DNA from: Eledone cirrhosa
Taxonomy: Eukaryota
Assembly (NCBI GenBank): GCA_964016885.1
Contig: OZ024744.1
Span: 131,998,001 to 132,062,000, forward strand
Length of the DNA: 64,000 nt
Direction of reading: 5' to 3'
Positions 11,901 through 24,270 of this stretch are shown one piece after another. Each line of letters starts with the position of its first letter. Position 1 is the stretch's first letter. The notes beneath the pieces were generated by a model, which had not been told where the DNA came from, searched no databases, and saw only the letters and a list, made by a program, of their open reading frames with translations. The position numbers and the translations under genes were made by a program.

Positions 11901-13898
11901 AAGTTGGGTTTAAGTTAAGTTGGGGTTAAATTAAGTTGGGGTTAAATTAAAGTGGGGTTAAGTTAAGTTGGGGGTAATTTAAGTTGGGGGTAAGTTAAGT
12001 TGGTGTTAAGTTAAGTTGGGGTTAAGTTAAGTTGGGGTTAAGTTAAGTTGGGTTTAAGTTAAGTTGGGACTAAGTTAAGTTAGGGCTAAGTTCAGTTGGG
12101 GTAAAGTTAAGTTGGGGCTAAGTTAAGTTGGGTATAAGATGAGTTGGGGTTAAGTTAAGTTGGGGTTAAGTTAAGTTGGGGTTAAATTAAGTTGGGGTTA
12201 ATTAAGTTGGGGTTAAGTTAAGTTGGGGTTAAGTTAAGTTGGGGTTAATTTAAGTTGGGGTTGTGTTAATTTGGGGTTAAGTTAAGTTGGGGTTATATTA
12301 AGTTGGGGTTAAGTTAAGTTGGGTTTAAGTTAAGTTGGGGTTAAGTTAAGTTGGGGTTAAGTTGAGTTAGGGTTAATTTAAGTTGGGGTTATGTTAAGTT
12401 GGGGTTAAGTTAAGTTGGGGTTAAGTAGAGTTGGGGTTAATTTAAGTTGGGGTTAAGTTAAGTTGGTGTTAAGTTGGGGTTAAGTTAAGTTGGGGTTAAG
12501 TTGGGGTTAAGTTGAGTGGTGGTTATGTTAAGTTGGGGTTAAGTTAAGTTGGGGTTAATTTAAATTGGGGTTAAGTTAACTTTGTGGTTAAGTTAAGTTG
12601 GAGTTAAGTTAAGTTGGGGTTAAGTTAAGTTGGGGTTGAGTGAAGTTGGGGTTAAGTTAAGTTGGGGTTAACTTAAGTTGGGGTTAAGTTAAGTTGGGGT
12701 TAAATTAAGTTGGGGTTAAATTAAGGTGGGGTTAAGTTAAGTTGGGGGTAAGTTAAGTTGGGGGCAAGTTAAGTTGGTGTTAAGTTAAGTTGGGGTTAAG
12801 TTAAGTTGGGGTTAAGTTAAGTTGGGTTTAAGTTAAGTTGGGACTAAGTTAAGTTAGGGCTAAGTTAAGTTGGGGTTAAGTTAAGTTGGGGCTAAGTTAA
12901 GTTGGGTCTAAGTTGAGTTGGGGTTAAGTTAAGTTGGGGTTAAGTTAAGTTGGGGTTAAATTAAGTTGGGGTTAATTAAGTTGGGGTTAAGTTAAGTTGG
13001 GGTTAAGTTAAGTTGGGGTTAATTTAAGTTGGGGGTAAGTTAAGTTGGTGGTAAGTTAAGTTGGGGTTAAGTTAAGTTGGGGTTAATTTAAATTGGGGTT
13101 AATTTAACTTTGTGGTTAAGTTAAGTTGGGGTTTATTTAAGTTGGGTTTAAGTTAAGTTGGGGTTGAGTTAAGTTGGGGTTGAGTGAAGTTGGGGTTAAG
13201 TTAAGTCGGGGTTAATTTAAGTTGGGGTTGAGTTAAGTCGGGGTTAATTTAAGTTGGGGCTAAGTTAATTTGTGGTTAAGTTAAGTTGGGGTTAAGTTAA
13301 GTTGGGGTTAAGTTAAGTTGGGGGTAAGTTAAGTTGGGGGCAAGTTAAGTTGGGGTTAAGTTAAGTTGCGGTTATTTTAAGTTGGGGTTAAGTTAAGTTG
13401 GGTTTAAGTTAAGTTGGGGTTCAGTTAAGTTGGGGTTTAGTTAAGTTGGGGTTAAGTTAAGTTGGGGTTGAGTTAAGTTGGGGTTTAATTAAGTTGGGGT
13501 TGAGTTAAGTTGGGGTTTAGTTAAGTGGGGGTTGAGTTAAGTTGGGGTTAAGCTAAGTTGGGGTTAAGTTAAATTGAGGTTAAGTTAACTTGGGTTTGAG
13601 TTAAGTTGGGGTTAAGTTAAGTTGGTGTTAAGTTCAGTTCAGGTTAAGTTAACTTGGGGTCAAGTTAAGTTGGGGTTGAGTTAAGTTGGGGTTGAGTTAA
13701 GTTGGGGTTAAGTTAAGTTGGGGTTAACTTAAGTTGGGGTTAAGTTAAGTTGGGGTTAATTTAAGTTGGGGTTCAGTTAAATTGAGGTTAAGATAACTTG
13801 GGTTTGCGTTAAGATGGGGTTAAGTTAGGTTTGTCGAAAACCTTATATAATCATTTTTATTTAGGTTCTTCGAAACACCTTATATAATCAATTTTTTT

Positions 13899-13916
13899 AG
13901 GTTTTTCGAAAAACCT
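13899..13916. other. Perfect 18-bp palindrome AGGTTTTTCGAAAAACCT (representative copy of the island subrepeat core)
   Basis: Sequence equals its reverse complement; degenerate copies recur throughout every island. Confidence 0.95.
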
Positions 13917-14542
13917 TATATAATCAATTTTTTAATACTTTTAGAAATATTTATATCTGATTTCAAATATTGATTTTATTAGGTTTTTGGAATAATCAAT
14001 TTTTTTTACGTTTTTCGAAAAATGTTATATAATCAATTTTTTTTAGGTTTTTCGAATCAATTCAATTTTTATAATCAAATATTTTTAGGTTTTTAGAAAA
14101 ACCTTATATAATCAAATTTTTTTAGGTTTTTCGAAAAACCTTATATAATTAATTTTTTTATACTTTTAGAAATATTTATATCTGATTTCAAATATTGGAT
14201 TTTTTAGGTTTTTCGATAATCAATTTTTTTTAGATTTTTCGAAAAATCTTATATAATCAATTTTTTTACGTTTTTAGAAAGACCTTATATAATCAATTTT
14301 TTTATACTTTTAGAAATATTTATATCTGATTTCAAATATTGATTTTTTTTTTAGGTTTTTCGAAATACCTTATATAATCAATTTTTTTTAGGTTTTTCAA
14401 ATTACTTTATATAATCAATTTTTTTTATCTGATTTCAAATATTGATTTTTTTAGCTTTTTCGACAAAATCTTATATAATCAATTTTTTTTAGGTTTTTCG
14501 AAAAAGAATGAATTTGAGTTCATAGTCGAAATATATACTTCT

Positions 14543-14599
14543 GCATTAATCTTTTTACGTTTTTTTGATTTTTTTTAAAAAAACGTAAAAAATTAATGC
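14543..14599. other. Potential stem-loop, ~23-bp stem with one bulged C and ~10-nt loop (representative; present in every 573-bp module)
   Basis: gcattaatctttttacgttttttt pairs with aaaaaaacgtaaaaaattaatgc. Confidence 0.85.
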
Positions 14600-14654
14600 T
14601 TTTACAAATCTTTACAAATCTTTCTAGTTTCAAATTTTGCAGATTAAATTTTTC

Positions 14655-14814
14655 TCGAAAAACCTAAAAAATCAGTTGTCGAAATCAGAAGTTAATATTT
14701 CGAAAAACGCAATTTGAAAAACTCATATTAATTTTTTTTCGAAAACATTATATAATCAATTTTTTAGAAATATTTATATCTGATTTCAAATATTGATTTT
14801 TTTAGGTTTTTCGA
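14655..14814. repeat. Diverged ~47-bp inverted repeat pair inside the island module
   Basis: tcgaaaaacctaaaaaatcagttgtcgaaatcagaagttaatatttc (14655-14701) is a diverged reverse complement of gaaatatttatatctgatttcaaatattgatttttttaggtttttcga (14767-14814). Confidence 0.8.
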
Positions 14815-16022
14815 AAACCCTATATAATCAATTTTTTTGTACTTTTAGAAATATCTATATCTGATTTCATGTATTGATTTTTTTATATTTTTCGAAAAAG
14901 CTTAGATAATCAATTTTTTTAGGTCTTTCGAAAACATTATATAATCAATTTTTTTTTAGGTTTTTCGAAAAAACCTTATATAATCAATTTTTTTTAGGTT
15001 TTTCAAATATTGATTTTTTTAGCTTTTTCGACAAAATCTTATATAATCAATTTTTTTTAGGTTTTTCGAAAAAGAATGAATTTGAGTTCATAGTCGAAAT
15101 ATATACTTCTGCATTAATCTTTTTACGTTTTTTTGATTTTTTTTAAAAAAACGTAAAAAATTAATGCTTTTACAAATCTTTTGAAATATTTACTTTCTAG
15201 TTTCAAATTTTGCAGAATAAATTTTTCTCGAAAAACCTAAAAAATCAGTTGTCGAAATCAGAAGTTAATATTTCGTAAAACGCAATTTGAAAAACTCATA
15301 TTAATTTTTTTTCGAAAACTTATTATATAATCAATTTTTTTATACTTTTAGAAATATTTATATCTGATTTCAAATATTGATTTTTTTTAGGTTTTTCGAA
15401 AACCCTATATAATCAATTTTTTTTAGGTTTTTCAAAAAAGTTACGTTGGGGTTAAGTTAAGTTGGGGTTAAGTTGAGGTTAAGTTAAGTTGTGGTTAAGT
15501 TAAGTTGGGGCTAAGTTAAGTTGGGGCTAAGTTAAGTTGGGGTTAAGTTAAGTTGGGGTTAATTTAAGTTGGGGTTAGGTTAAGTTGGGGATAAGTTAAG
15601 TTGGGGATAAGTTAAGTTGGGGTTAAGTTAAGTTGGGTTTAAGTTAAGTTGGGGTTAAGTTAAGTTGGGGTTAAGTTAAGTTGGGGTTAAGTTAAGTTGC
15701 GGTTAGTTAAGTTGAGTTTAAGTTAAGTTGGGGTTAATTTAAGTTGGGGTTAAGTTAAGTTGGGGTTCAGTTAAGTTGGGGTTAAGTCAAGTTGGGGTTA
15801 AGTTAAGTTGGGGTTAAGTTAAGTTGGGGTTAGGTTAAGTTGGGGATAATTTAAGTTGGGGATAAGCTAAGTTGGGGTTAAGTTAAGTTGGGTTTAAGTT
15901 AAGTTGGGGTTAAGTTAAGTTGGGGTTAAATTAAGTTGGGGTTAAGTTAAGCTGGGGTTAAATTAAGTTGGGGTTATGTTAAGTTGGGGTTAAGTTAAGT
16001 TGGGGTTAGTTTAAGTGGGGTT

Positions 16023-16367
16023 AACCCCAACTTAACTTAACCCCAACTTAACTTAACCCCAACTTCACTCAACCCCAACTTAAATTAACCCCAACTTCAC
16101 TCAACCCCAACTTAACTCAACCCCAACTTAAATTAACCCCAACTTAACTTAACCCTGACTTAACTTAACCCCGACTTAACTTAACCCCGACTTAACTTAA
16201 CCCCAACTTAACTTAAACCCCAACTTAACTTAACCCCAACTTAACTTAACCCCAACTTGACTTAACCCCAACTTAACTCACACCCAACTTAACTTACCCC
16301 CAACTTAACTTAACCACAACTTGACGTAAACCCAACTTAACTTAACCCCAACTTAACTTAACCCCAA
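16023..16367 (-). repeat. Inverted satellite block I7
   Basis: Same stereotyped junctions; I4-type variants. Confidence 0.95.
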
Positions 16368-19048
16368 AGTCGGAGTTCAGTTAAGTTGGGGTTCAGTTAA
16401 GTTAGGCTTAACTTAAGTTGGGGTTAAGTTAAGTTGGGGGTAAGTTAAGTTGGGGGTAAGTTAAGTTGGGGTTAAGTTAAGTTGGGGTTAAGTTGGGGTT
16501 AAGTTAAGTTAGGGTTAAGTTAAGTTGGGGTTGAGTTAAGTTGGGGTTAAGTTAAGTGGTGGTTATGTTAAGTTGGGGTTAAGTTAAGTTGGGGTTAAAT
16601 TAAGTGGGGTTAACTTAAGTTGGGTGTAAGTTAAGTTGGGGTTGAGTGAAGTTGGGGTTAAGTTAAGTTGGGGTTAAGTTAAGTTAGGGTTAATTTAAGT
16701 TGGGGTTATGTTAAGTTGGGGTTAAGTTAAGTTGGGGGTAAGTTAAGTTGGGGGTAAGTTAAGTTGGGGTTAAGTTAAGTTGGGGTTAAGTTGGGGTTAA
16801 GTTAAGTTAGGGTTAAGTTAAGTTGGGGTTGAGTTAAGTTGGGGTTAAGTTAAGTGGTGGTTATGTTAAGTTGGGGTTAAGTTAAGTTGGGGTTAAATTA
16901 AGTGGGGTTAACTTAAGTTGGGTGTAAGTTAAGTTGGGGTTGAGTGAAGTTGGGGTTAATTTAAGTTGGGGTTCAGTTAAGTTGGGGTTAAGTTAAGTTG
17001 GGGTTGAGTTAAGTTGGGGTTAATTTAAGTTGAGGTTATTTTAAGTTGGGGTTAAGTTAAGTTGGGGTTAAGTTAAGTTGGGGTTAAGTTAAGTTGGGGT
17101 TAAGTTAAGTTGGGGTTAAGTTAAGTTGGGTTTAAGTTAAGTTGGGGTTAAATTAAGTTGGGGTTAAATTAAAGTGGGGTTAAGTTAAGTTGGGGGTAAT
17201 TTAAGTTGGGGGTAAGTTAAGTTGGTGTTAAGTTAAGTTGGGGTTAAGTTAAGTTGGGGTTAAGTTAAGTTGGGTTTAAGTTAAGTTGGGACTAAGTTAA
17301 GTTAGGGCTAAGTTCAGTTGGGGTAAAGTTAAGTTGGGGCTAAGTTAAGTTGGGTATAAGTTGAGTTGGGGTTAAGTTAAGTTGGGGTTAAGTTAAGTTG
17401 GGGTTAAATTAAGTTGGGGTTAATTAAGTTGGGGTTAAGTTAAGTTGGGGTTAAGTTAAGTTGGGGTTAATTTAAGTTGGGGTTGTGTTAATTTGGGGTT
17501 AAGTTAAGTTGGGGTTATATTAAGTTGGGGTTAAGTTAAGTTGGGTTTAAGTTAAGTTGGGGTTAAGTTAAGTTGGGGTTAAGTTGAGTTAGGGTTAATT
17601 TAAGTAGGGGTTATGTTAAGTTGGGGTTAAGTTAAGTTGGGGTTAAGTAGAGTTGGGGTTAATTTAAGTTGGGGTTAAGTTAAGTTGGTGTTAAGTTGGG
17701 GTTAAGTTAAGTTGGGGTTAAGTTGGGGTTAAGTTGAGTGGTGGTTATGTTAAGTTGGGGTTAAGTTAAGTTGGGGTTAATTTAAATTGGGGTTAAGTTA
17801 ACTTTGTGGTTAAGTTAAGTTGGAGTTAAGTTAAGTTGGGGTTAAGTTAAGTTGGGGTTGAGTGAAGTTGGGGTTAAGTTAAGTTGGGGTTAACTTAAGT
17901 TGGGGTTAAGTTAAGTTGGGGTTAAATTAAGTTGGGGTTAAATTAAGGTGGGGTTAAGTTAAGTTGGGGGTAAGTTAAGTTGGGGGCAAGTTAAGTTGGT
18001 GTTAAGTTAAGTTGGGGTTAAGTTAAGTTGGGGTTAAGTTAAGTTGGGTTTAAGTTAAGTTGGGACTAAGTTAAGTTAGCGCTAAGTTAAGTTGGGGTTA
18101 AGTTAAGTTGGGGCTAAGTTAAGTTGGGTCTAAGTTGAGTTGGGGTTAAGTTAAGTTGGGGTTAAGTTAAGTTGGGGTTAAATTAAGTTGGGGTTAATTA
18201 AGTTGGGGTTAAGTTAAGTTGGGGTTAAGTTAAGTTGGGGTTAATTTAAGTTGGGGGTAAGTTAAGTTGGTGGTAAGTTAAGTTGGGGTTAAGTTAAGTT
18301 GGGGTTAATTTAAATTGGGGTTAATTTAACTTTGTGGTTAAGTTAAGTTGGGGTTTATTTAAGTTGGGTTTAAGTTAAGTTGGGGTTGAGTTAAGTTGGG
18401 GTTGAGTGAAGTTGGGGTTAAGTTAAGTCGGGGTTAATTTAAGTTGGGGTTGAGTTAAGTCGGGGTTAATTTAAGTTGGGGCTAAGTTAATTTGTGGTTA
18501 AGTTAAGTTGGGGTTAAGTTAAGTTGGGGTTAAGTTAAGTTGGGGGTAAGTTAAGTTGGGGGCAAGTTAAGTTGGGGTTAAGTTAAGTTGCGGTTAATTT
18601 AAGTTGGGGTTAAGTTAAGTTGGGTTTAAGTTAAGTTGGGGTTCAGTTAAGTTGGGGTTTAGTTAAGTTGGGGTTAAGTTAAGTTGGGGTTGAGTTAAGT
18701 TGGGGTTTAATTAAGTTGGGGTTGAGTTAAGTTGGGGTTTAGTTAAGTGGGGGTTGAGTTAAGTTGGGGTTAAGCTAAGTTGGGGTTAAGTTAAATTGAG
18801 GTTAAGTTAACTTGGGTTTGAGTTAAGTTGGGGTTAAGTTAAGTTGGTGTTAAGTTCAGTTCAGGTTAAGTTAACTTGGGGTCAAGTTAAGTTGGGGTTG
18901 AGTTAAGTTGGGGTTGAGTTAAGTTGGGGTTAAGTTAAGTTGGGGTTAACTTAAGTTGGGGTTAAGTTAAGTTGGGGTTAATTTAAGTTGGGGTTCAGTT
19001 AAATTGAGGTTAAGATAACTTGGGTTTGCGTTAAGATGGGGTTAAGTT

Positions 19049-20661
19049 AGGTTTGTCGAAAACCTTATATAATCATTTTTATTTAGGTTCTTCGAAACAC
19101 CTTATATAATCAATTTTTTTAGGTTTTTCGAAAAACCTTATATAATCAATTTTTTAATACTTTTAGAAATATTTATATCTGATTTCAAATATTGATTTTA
19201 TTAGGTTTTTGGAATAATCAATTTTTTTTACGTTTTTCGAAAAATGTTATATAATCAATTTTTTTTAGGTTTTTCGAATCAATTCAATTTTTATAATCAA
19301 ATATTTTTAGGTTTTTAGAAAAACCTTATATAATCAAATTTTTTTAGGTTTTTCGAAAAACCTTATATAATTAATTTTTTTATACTTTTAGAAATATTTA
19401 TATCTGATTTCAAATATTGGATTTTTTAGGTTTTTCGATAATCAATTTTTTTTAGATTTTTCGAAAAATCTTATATAATCAATTTTTTTACGTTTTTAGA
19501 AAGACCTTATATAATCAATTTTTTTATACTTTTAGAAATATTTATATCTGATTTCAAATATTGATTTTTTTTTTAGGTTTTTCGAAATACCTTATATAAT
19601 CAATTTTTTTTAGGTTTTTCAAATTACTTTATATAATCAATTTTTTTTATCTGATTTCAAATATTGATTTTTTTAGCTTTTTCGACAAAATCTTATATAA
19701 TCAATTTTTTTTAGGTTTTTCGAAAAAGAATGAATTTGAGTTCATAGTCGAAATATATACTTCTGCATTAATCTTTTTACGTTTTTTTGATTTTTTTTAA
19801 AAAAACGTAAAAAATTAATGCTTTTACAAATCTTTACAAATCTTTCTAGTTTCAAATTTTGCAGATTAAATTTTTCTCGAAAAACCTAAAAAATCAGTTG
19901 TCGAAATCAGAAGTTAATATTTCGAAAAACGCAATTTGAAAAACTCATATTAATTTTTTTTCGAAAACATTATATAATCAATTTTTTAGAAATATTTATA
20001 TCTGATTTCAAATATTGATTTTTTTAGGTTTTTCGAAAACCCTATATAATCAATTTTTTTGTACTTTTAGAAATATCTATATCTGATTTCATGTATTGAT
20101 TTTTTTATATTTTTCGAAAAAGCTTAGATAATCAATTTTTTTAGGTCTTTCGAAAACATTATATAATCAATTTTTTTTTAGGTTTTTCGAAAAAACCTTA
20201 TATAATCAATTTTTTTTAGGTTTTTCAAATATTGATTTTTTTAGCTTTTTCGACAAAATCTTATATAATCAATTTTTTTTAGGTTTTTCGAAAAAGAATG
20301 AATTTGAGTTCATAGTCGAAATATATACTTCTGCATTAATCTTTTTACGTTTTTTTGATTTTTTTTAAAAAAACGTAAAAAATTAATGCTTTTACAAATC
20401 TTTTGAAATATTTACTTTCTAGTTTCAAATTTTGCAGAATAAATTTTTCTCGAAAAACCTAAAAAATCAGTTGTCGAAATCAGAAGTTAATATTTCGTAA
20501 AACGCAATTTGAAAAACTCATATTAATTTTTTTTCGAAAACTTATTATATAATCAATTTTTTTATACTTTTAGAAATATTTATATCTGATTTCAAATATT
20601 GATTTTTTTTAGGTTTTTCGAAAACCCTATATAATCAATTTTTTTTAGGTTTTTCAAAAAA
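19049..20661 (+). repeat. AT-rich island A2
   Basis: Essentially identical to A1, offset 5222 bp. Confidence 0.95.
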
Positions 20662-21244
20662 GTTACGTTGGGGTTAAGTTAAGTTGGGGTTAAGTTGAGG
20701 TTAAGTTAAGTTGTGGTTAAGTTAAGTTGGGGCTAAGTTAAGTTGGGGCTAAGTTAAGTTGGGGTTAAGTTAAGTTGGGGTTAATTTAAGTTGGGGTTAG
20801 GTTAAGTTGGGGATAAGTTAAGTTGGGGATAAGTTAAGTTGGGGTTAAGTTAAGTTGGGTTTAAGTTAAGTTGGGGTTAAGTTAAGTTGGGGTTAAGTTA
20901 AGTTGGGGTTAAGTTAAGTTGCGGTTAGTTAAGTTGAGTTTAAGTTAAGTTGGGGTTAATTTAAGTTGGGGTTAAGTTAAGTTGGGGTTCAGTTAAGTTG
21001 GGGTTAAGTCAAGTTGGGGTTAAGTTAAGTTGGGGTTAAGTTAAGTTGGGGTTAGGTTAAGTTGGGGATAATTTAAGTTGGGGATAAGCTAAGTTGGGGT
21101 TAAGTTAAGTTGGGTTTAAGTTAAGTTGGGGTTAAGTTAAGTTGGGGTTAAATTAAGTTGGGGTTAAGTTAAGCTGGGGTTAAATTAAGTTGGGGTTATG
21201 TTAAGTTGGGGTTAAGTTAAGTTGGGGTTAGTTTAAGTGGGGTT

Positions 21245-21589
21245 AACCCCAACTTAACTTAACCCCAACTTAACTTAACCCCAACTTCACTCAACCCCAA
21301 CTTAAATTAACCCCAACTTCACTCAACCCCAACTTAACTCAACCCCAACTTAAATTAACCCCAACTTAACTTAACCCTGACTTAACTTAACCCCGACTTA
21401 ACTTAACCCCGACTTAACTTAACCCCAACTTAACTTAAACCCCAACTTAACTTAACCCCAACTTAACTTAACCCCAACTTGACTTAACCCCAACTTAACT
21501 CACACCCAACTTAACTTACCCCCAACTTAACTTAACCACAACTTGACGTAAACCCAACTTAACTTAACCCCAACTTAACTTAACCCCAA
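21245..21589 (-). repeat. Inverted satellite block I8
   Basis: Copy of I7, offset 5222 bp. Confidence 0.95.
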
Positions 21590-24270
21590 AGTCGGAGTTC
21601 AGTTAAGTTGGGGTTCAGTTAAGTTAGGCTTAACTTAAGTTGGGGTTAAGTTAAGTTGGGGGTAAGTTAAGTTGGGGGTAAGTTAAGTTGGGGTTAAGTT
21701 AAGTTGGGGTTAAGTTGGGGTTAAGTTAAGTTAGGGTTAAGTTAAGTTGGGGTTGAGTTAAGTTGGGGTTAAGTTAAGTGGTGGTTATGTTAAGTTGGGG
21801 TTAAGTTAAGTTGGGGTTAAATTAAGTGGGGTTAACTTAAGTTGGGTGTAAGTTAAGTTGGGGTTGAGTGAAGTTGGGGTTAAGTTAAGTTGGGGTTAAG
21901 TTAAGTTAGGGTTAATTTAAGTTGGGGTTATGTTAAGTTGGGGTTAAGTTAAGTTGGGGGTAAGTTAAGTTGGGGGTAAGTTAAGTTGGGGTTAAGTTAA
22001 GTTGGGGTTAAGTTGGGGTTAAGTTAAGTTAGGGTTAAGTTAAGTTGGGGTTGAGTTAAGTTGGGGTTAAGTTAAGTGGTGGTTATGTTAAGTTGGGGTT
22101 AAGTTAAGTTGGGGTTAAATTAAGTGGGGTTAACTTAAGTTGGGTGTAAGTTAAGTTGGGGTTGAGTGAAGTTGGGGTTAATTTAAGTTGGGGTTCAGTT
22201 AAGTTGGGGTTAAGTTAAGTTGGGGTTGAGTTAAGTTGGGGTTAATTTAAGTTGAGGTTATTTTAAGTTGGGGTTAAGTTAAGTTGGGGTTAAGTTAAGT
22301 TGGGGTTAAGTTAAGTTGGGGTTAAGTTAAGTTGGGGTTAAGTTAAGTTGGGTTTAAGTTAAGTTGGGGTTAAATTAAGTTGGGGTTAAATTAAAGTGGG
22401 GTTAAGTTAAGTTGGGGGTAATTTAAGTTGGGGGTAAGTTAAGTTGGTGTTAAGTTAAGTTGGGGTTAAGTTAAGTTGGGGTTAAGTTAAGTTGGGTTTA
22501 AGTTAAGTTGGGACTAAGTTAAGTTAGGGCTAAGTTCAGTTGGGGTAAAGTTAAGTTGGGGCTAAGTTAAGTTGGGTATAAGTTGAGTTGGGGTTAAGTT
22601 AAGTTGGGGTTAAGTTAAGTTGGGGTTAAATTAAGTTGGGGTTAATTAAGTTGGGGTTAAGTTAAGTTGGGGTTAAGTTAAGTTGGGGTTAATTTAAGTT
22701 GGGGTTGTGTTAATTTGGGGTTAAGTTAAGTTGGGGTTATATTAAGTTGGGGTTAAGTTAAGTTGGGTTTAAGTTAAGTTGGGGTTAAGTTAAGTTGGGG
22801 TTAAGTTGAGTTAGGGTTAATTTAAGTTGGGGTTATGTTAAGTTGGGGTTAAGTTAAGTTGGGGTTAAGTAGAGTTGGGGTTAATTTAAGTTGGGGTTAA
22901 GTTAAGTTGGTGTTAAGTTGGGGTTAAGTTAAGTTGGGGTTAAGTTGGGGTTAAGTTGAGTGGTGGTTATGTTAAGTTGGGGTTAAGTTAAGTTGGGGTT
23001 AATTTAAATTGGGGTTAAGTTAACTTTGTGGTTAAGTTAAGTTGGAGTTAAGTTAAGTTGGGGTTAAGTTAAGTTGGGGTTGAGTGAAGTTGGGGTTAAG
23101 TTAAGTTGGGGTTAACTTAAGTTGGGGTTAAGTTAAGTTGGGGTTAAATTAAGTTGGGGTTAAATTAAGGTGGGGTTAAGTTAAGTTGGGGGTAAGTTAA
23201 GTTGGGGGCAAGTTAAGTTGGTGTTAAGTTAAGTTGGGGTTAAGTTAAGTTGGGGTTAAGTTAAGTTGGGTTTAAGTTAAGTTGGGACTAAGTTAAGTTA
23301 GGGCTAAGTTAAGTTGGGGTTAAGTTAAGTTGGGGCTAAGTTAAGTTGGGTCTAAGTTGAGTTGGGGTTAAGTTAAGTTGGGGTTAAGTTAAGTTGGGGT
23401 TAAATTAAGTTGGGGTTAATTAAGTTGGGGTTAAGTTAAGTTGGGGTTAAGTTAAGTTGGGGTTAATTTAAGTTGGGGGTAAGTTAAGTTGGTGGTAAGT
23501 TAAGTTGGGGTTAAGTTAAGTTGGGGTTAATTTAAATTGGGGTTAATTTAACTTTGTGGTTAAGTTAAGTTGGGGTTTATTTAAGTTGGGTTTAAGTTAA
23601 GTTGGGGTTGAGTTAAGTTGGGGTTGAGTGAAGTTGGGGTTAAGTTAAGTCGGGGTTAATTTAAGTTGGGGTTGAGTTAAGTCGGGGTTAATTTAAGTTG
23701 GGGCTAAGTTAATTTGTGGTTAAGTTAAGTTGGGGTTAAGTTAAGTTGGGGTTAAGTTAAGTTGGGGGTAAGTTAAGTTGGGGGCAAGTTAAGTTGGGGT
23801 TAAGTTAAGTTGCGGTTAATTTAAGTTGGGGTTAAGTTAAGTTGGGTTTAAGTTAAGTTGGGGTTCAGTTAAGTTGGGGTTTAGTTAAGTTGGGGTTAAG
23901 TTAAGTTGGGGTTGAGTTAAGTTGGGGTTTAATTAAGTTGGGGTTGAGTTAAGTTGGGGTTTAGTTAAGTGGGGGTTGAGTTAAGTTGGGGTTAAGCTAA
24001 GTTGGGGTTAAGTTAAATTGAGGTTAAGTTAACTTGGGTTTGAGTTAAGTTGGGGTTAAGTTAAGTTGGTGTTAAGTTCAGTTCAGGTTAAGTTAACTTG
24101 GGGTCAAGTTAAGTTGGGGTTGAGTTAAGTTGGGGTTGAGTTAAGTTGGGGTTAAGTTAAGTTGGGGTTAACTTAAGTTGGGGTTAAGTTAAGTTGGGGT
24201 TAATTTAAGTTGGGGTTCAGTTAAATTGAGGTTAAGATAACTTGGGTTTGCGTTAAGATGGGGTTAAGTT

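Larger units (their letters stand above)
13827..15439 (+). repeat. AT-rich island A1 (~37-bp subrepeats plus two copies of the hairpin module)
   Basis: Abrupt switch at gttaagtt|aggtttgtcgaaaacc; repeats of ttaggtttttcgaaaaaccttatataatcaattttttt; ends at tttttcaaaaaa|gttacgttgggg. Confidence 0.95.

Noticed and set aside
13840-13930. TATA-box promoters or heat-shock elements (TATATAA, TTCGAA)
   Set aside because: Expected in AT-rich repeats, no downstream gene, and TTCGAA lacks the nGAAn spacing of heat-shock elements
13827-14505. CRISPR-like array of palindromic ~37-bp repeats
   Set aside because: Sequence between the palindromes is itself repeated rather than unique spacers, and there are no cas genes or leader
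14543-14605. Rho-independent terminator
   Set aside because: Stem is AT-rich, there is no upstream gene, and the context looks eukaryotic
13827-15439. Mitochondrial control-region insertion (AT-rich, poly-T, stem-loop)
   Set aside because: No adjacent tRNA, rRNA or mitochondrial gene fragments visible; cannot be supported without a database search
13821-15443. AAGTTA target-site duplication around the islands
   Set aside because: The hexamer occurs in nearly every satellite monomer, so the match is uninformative, and no empty site joining both flanks was seen
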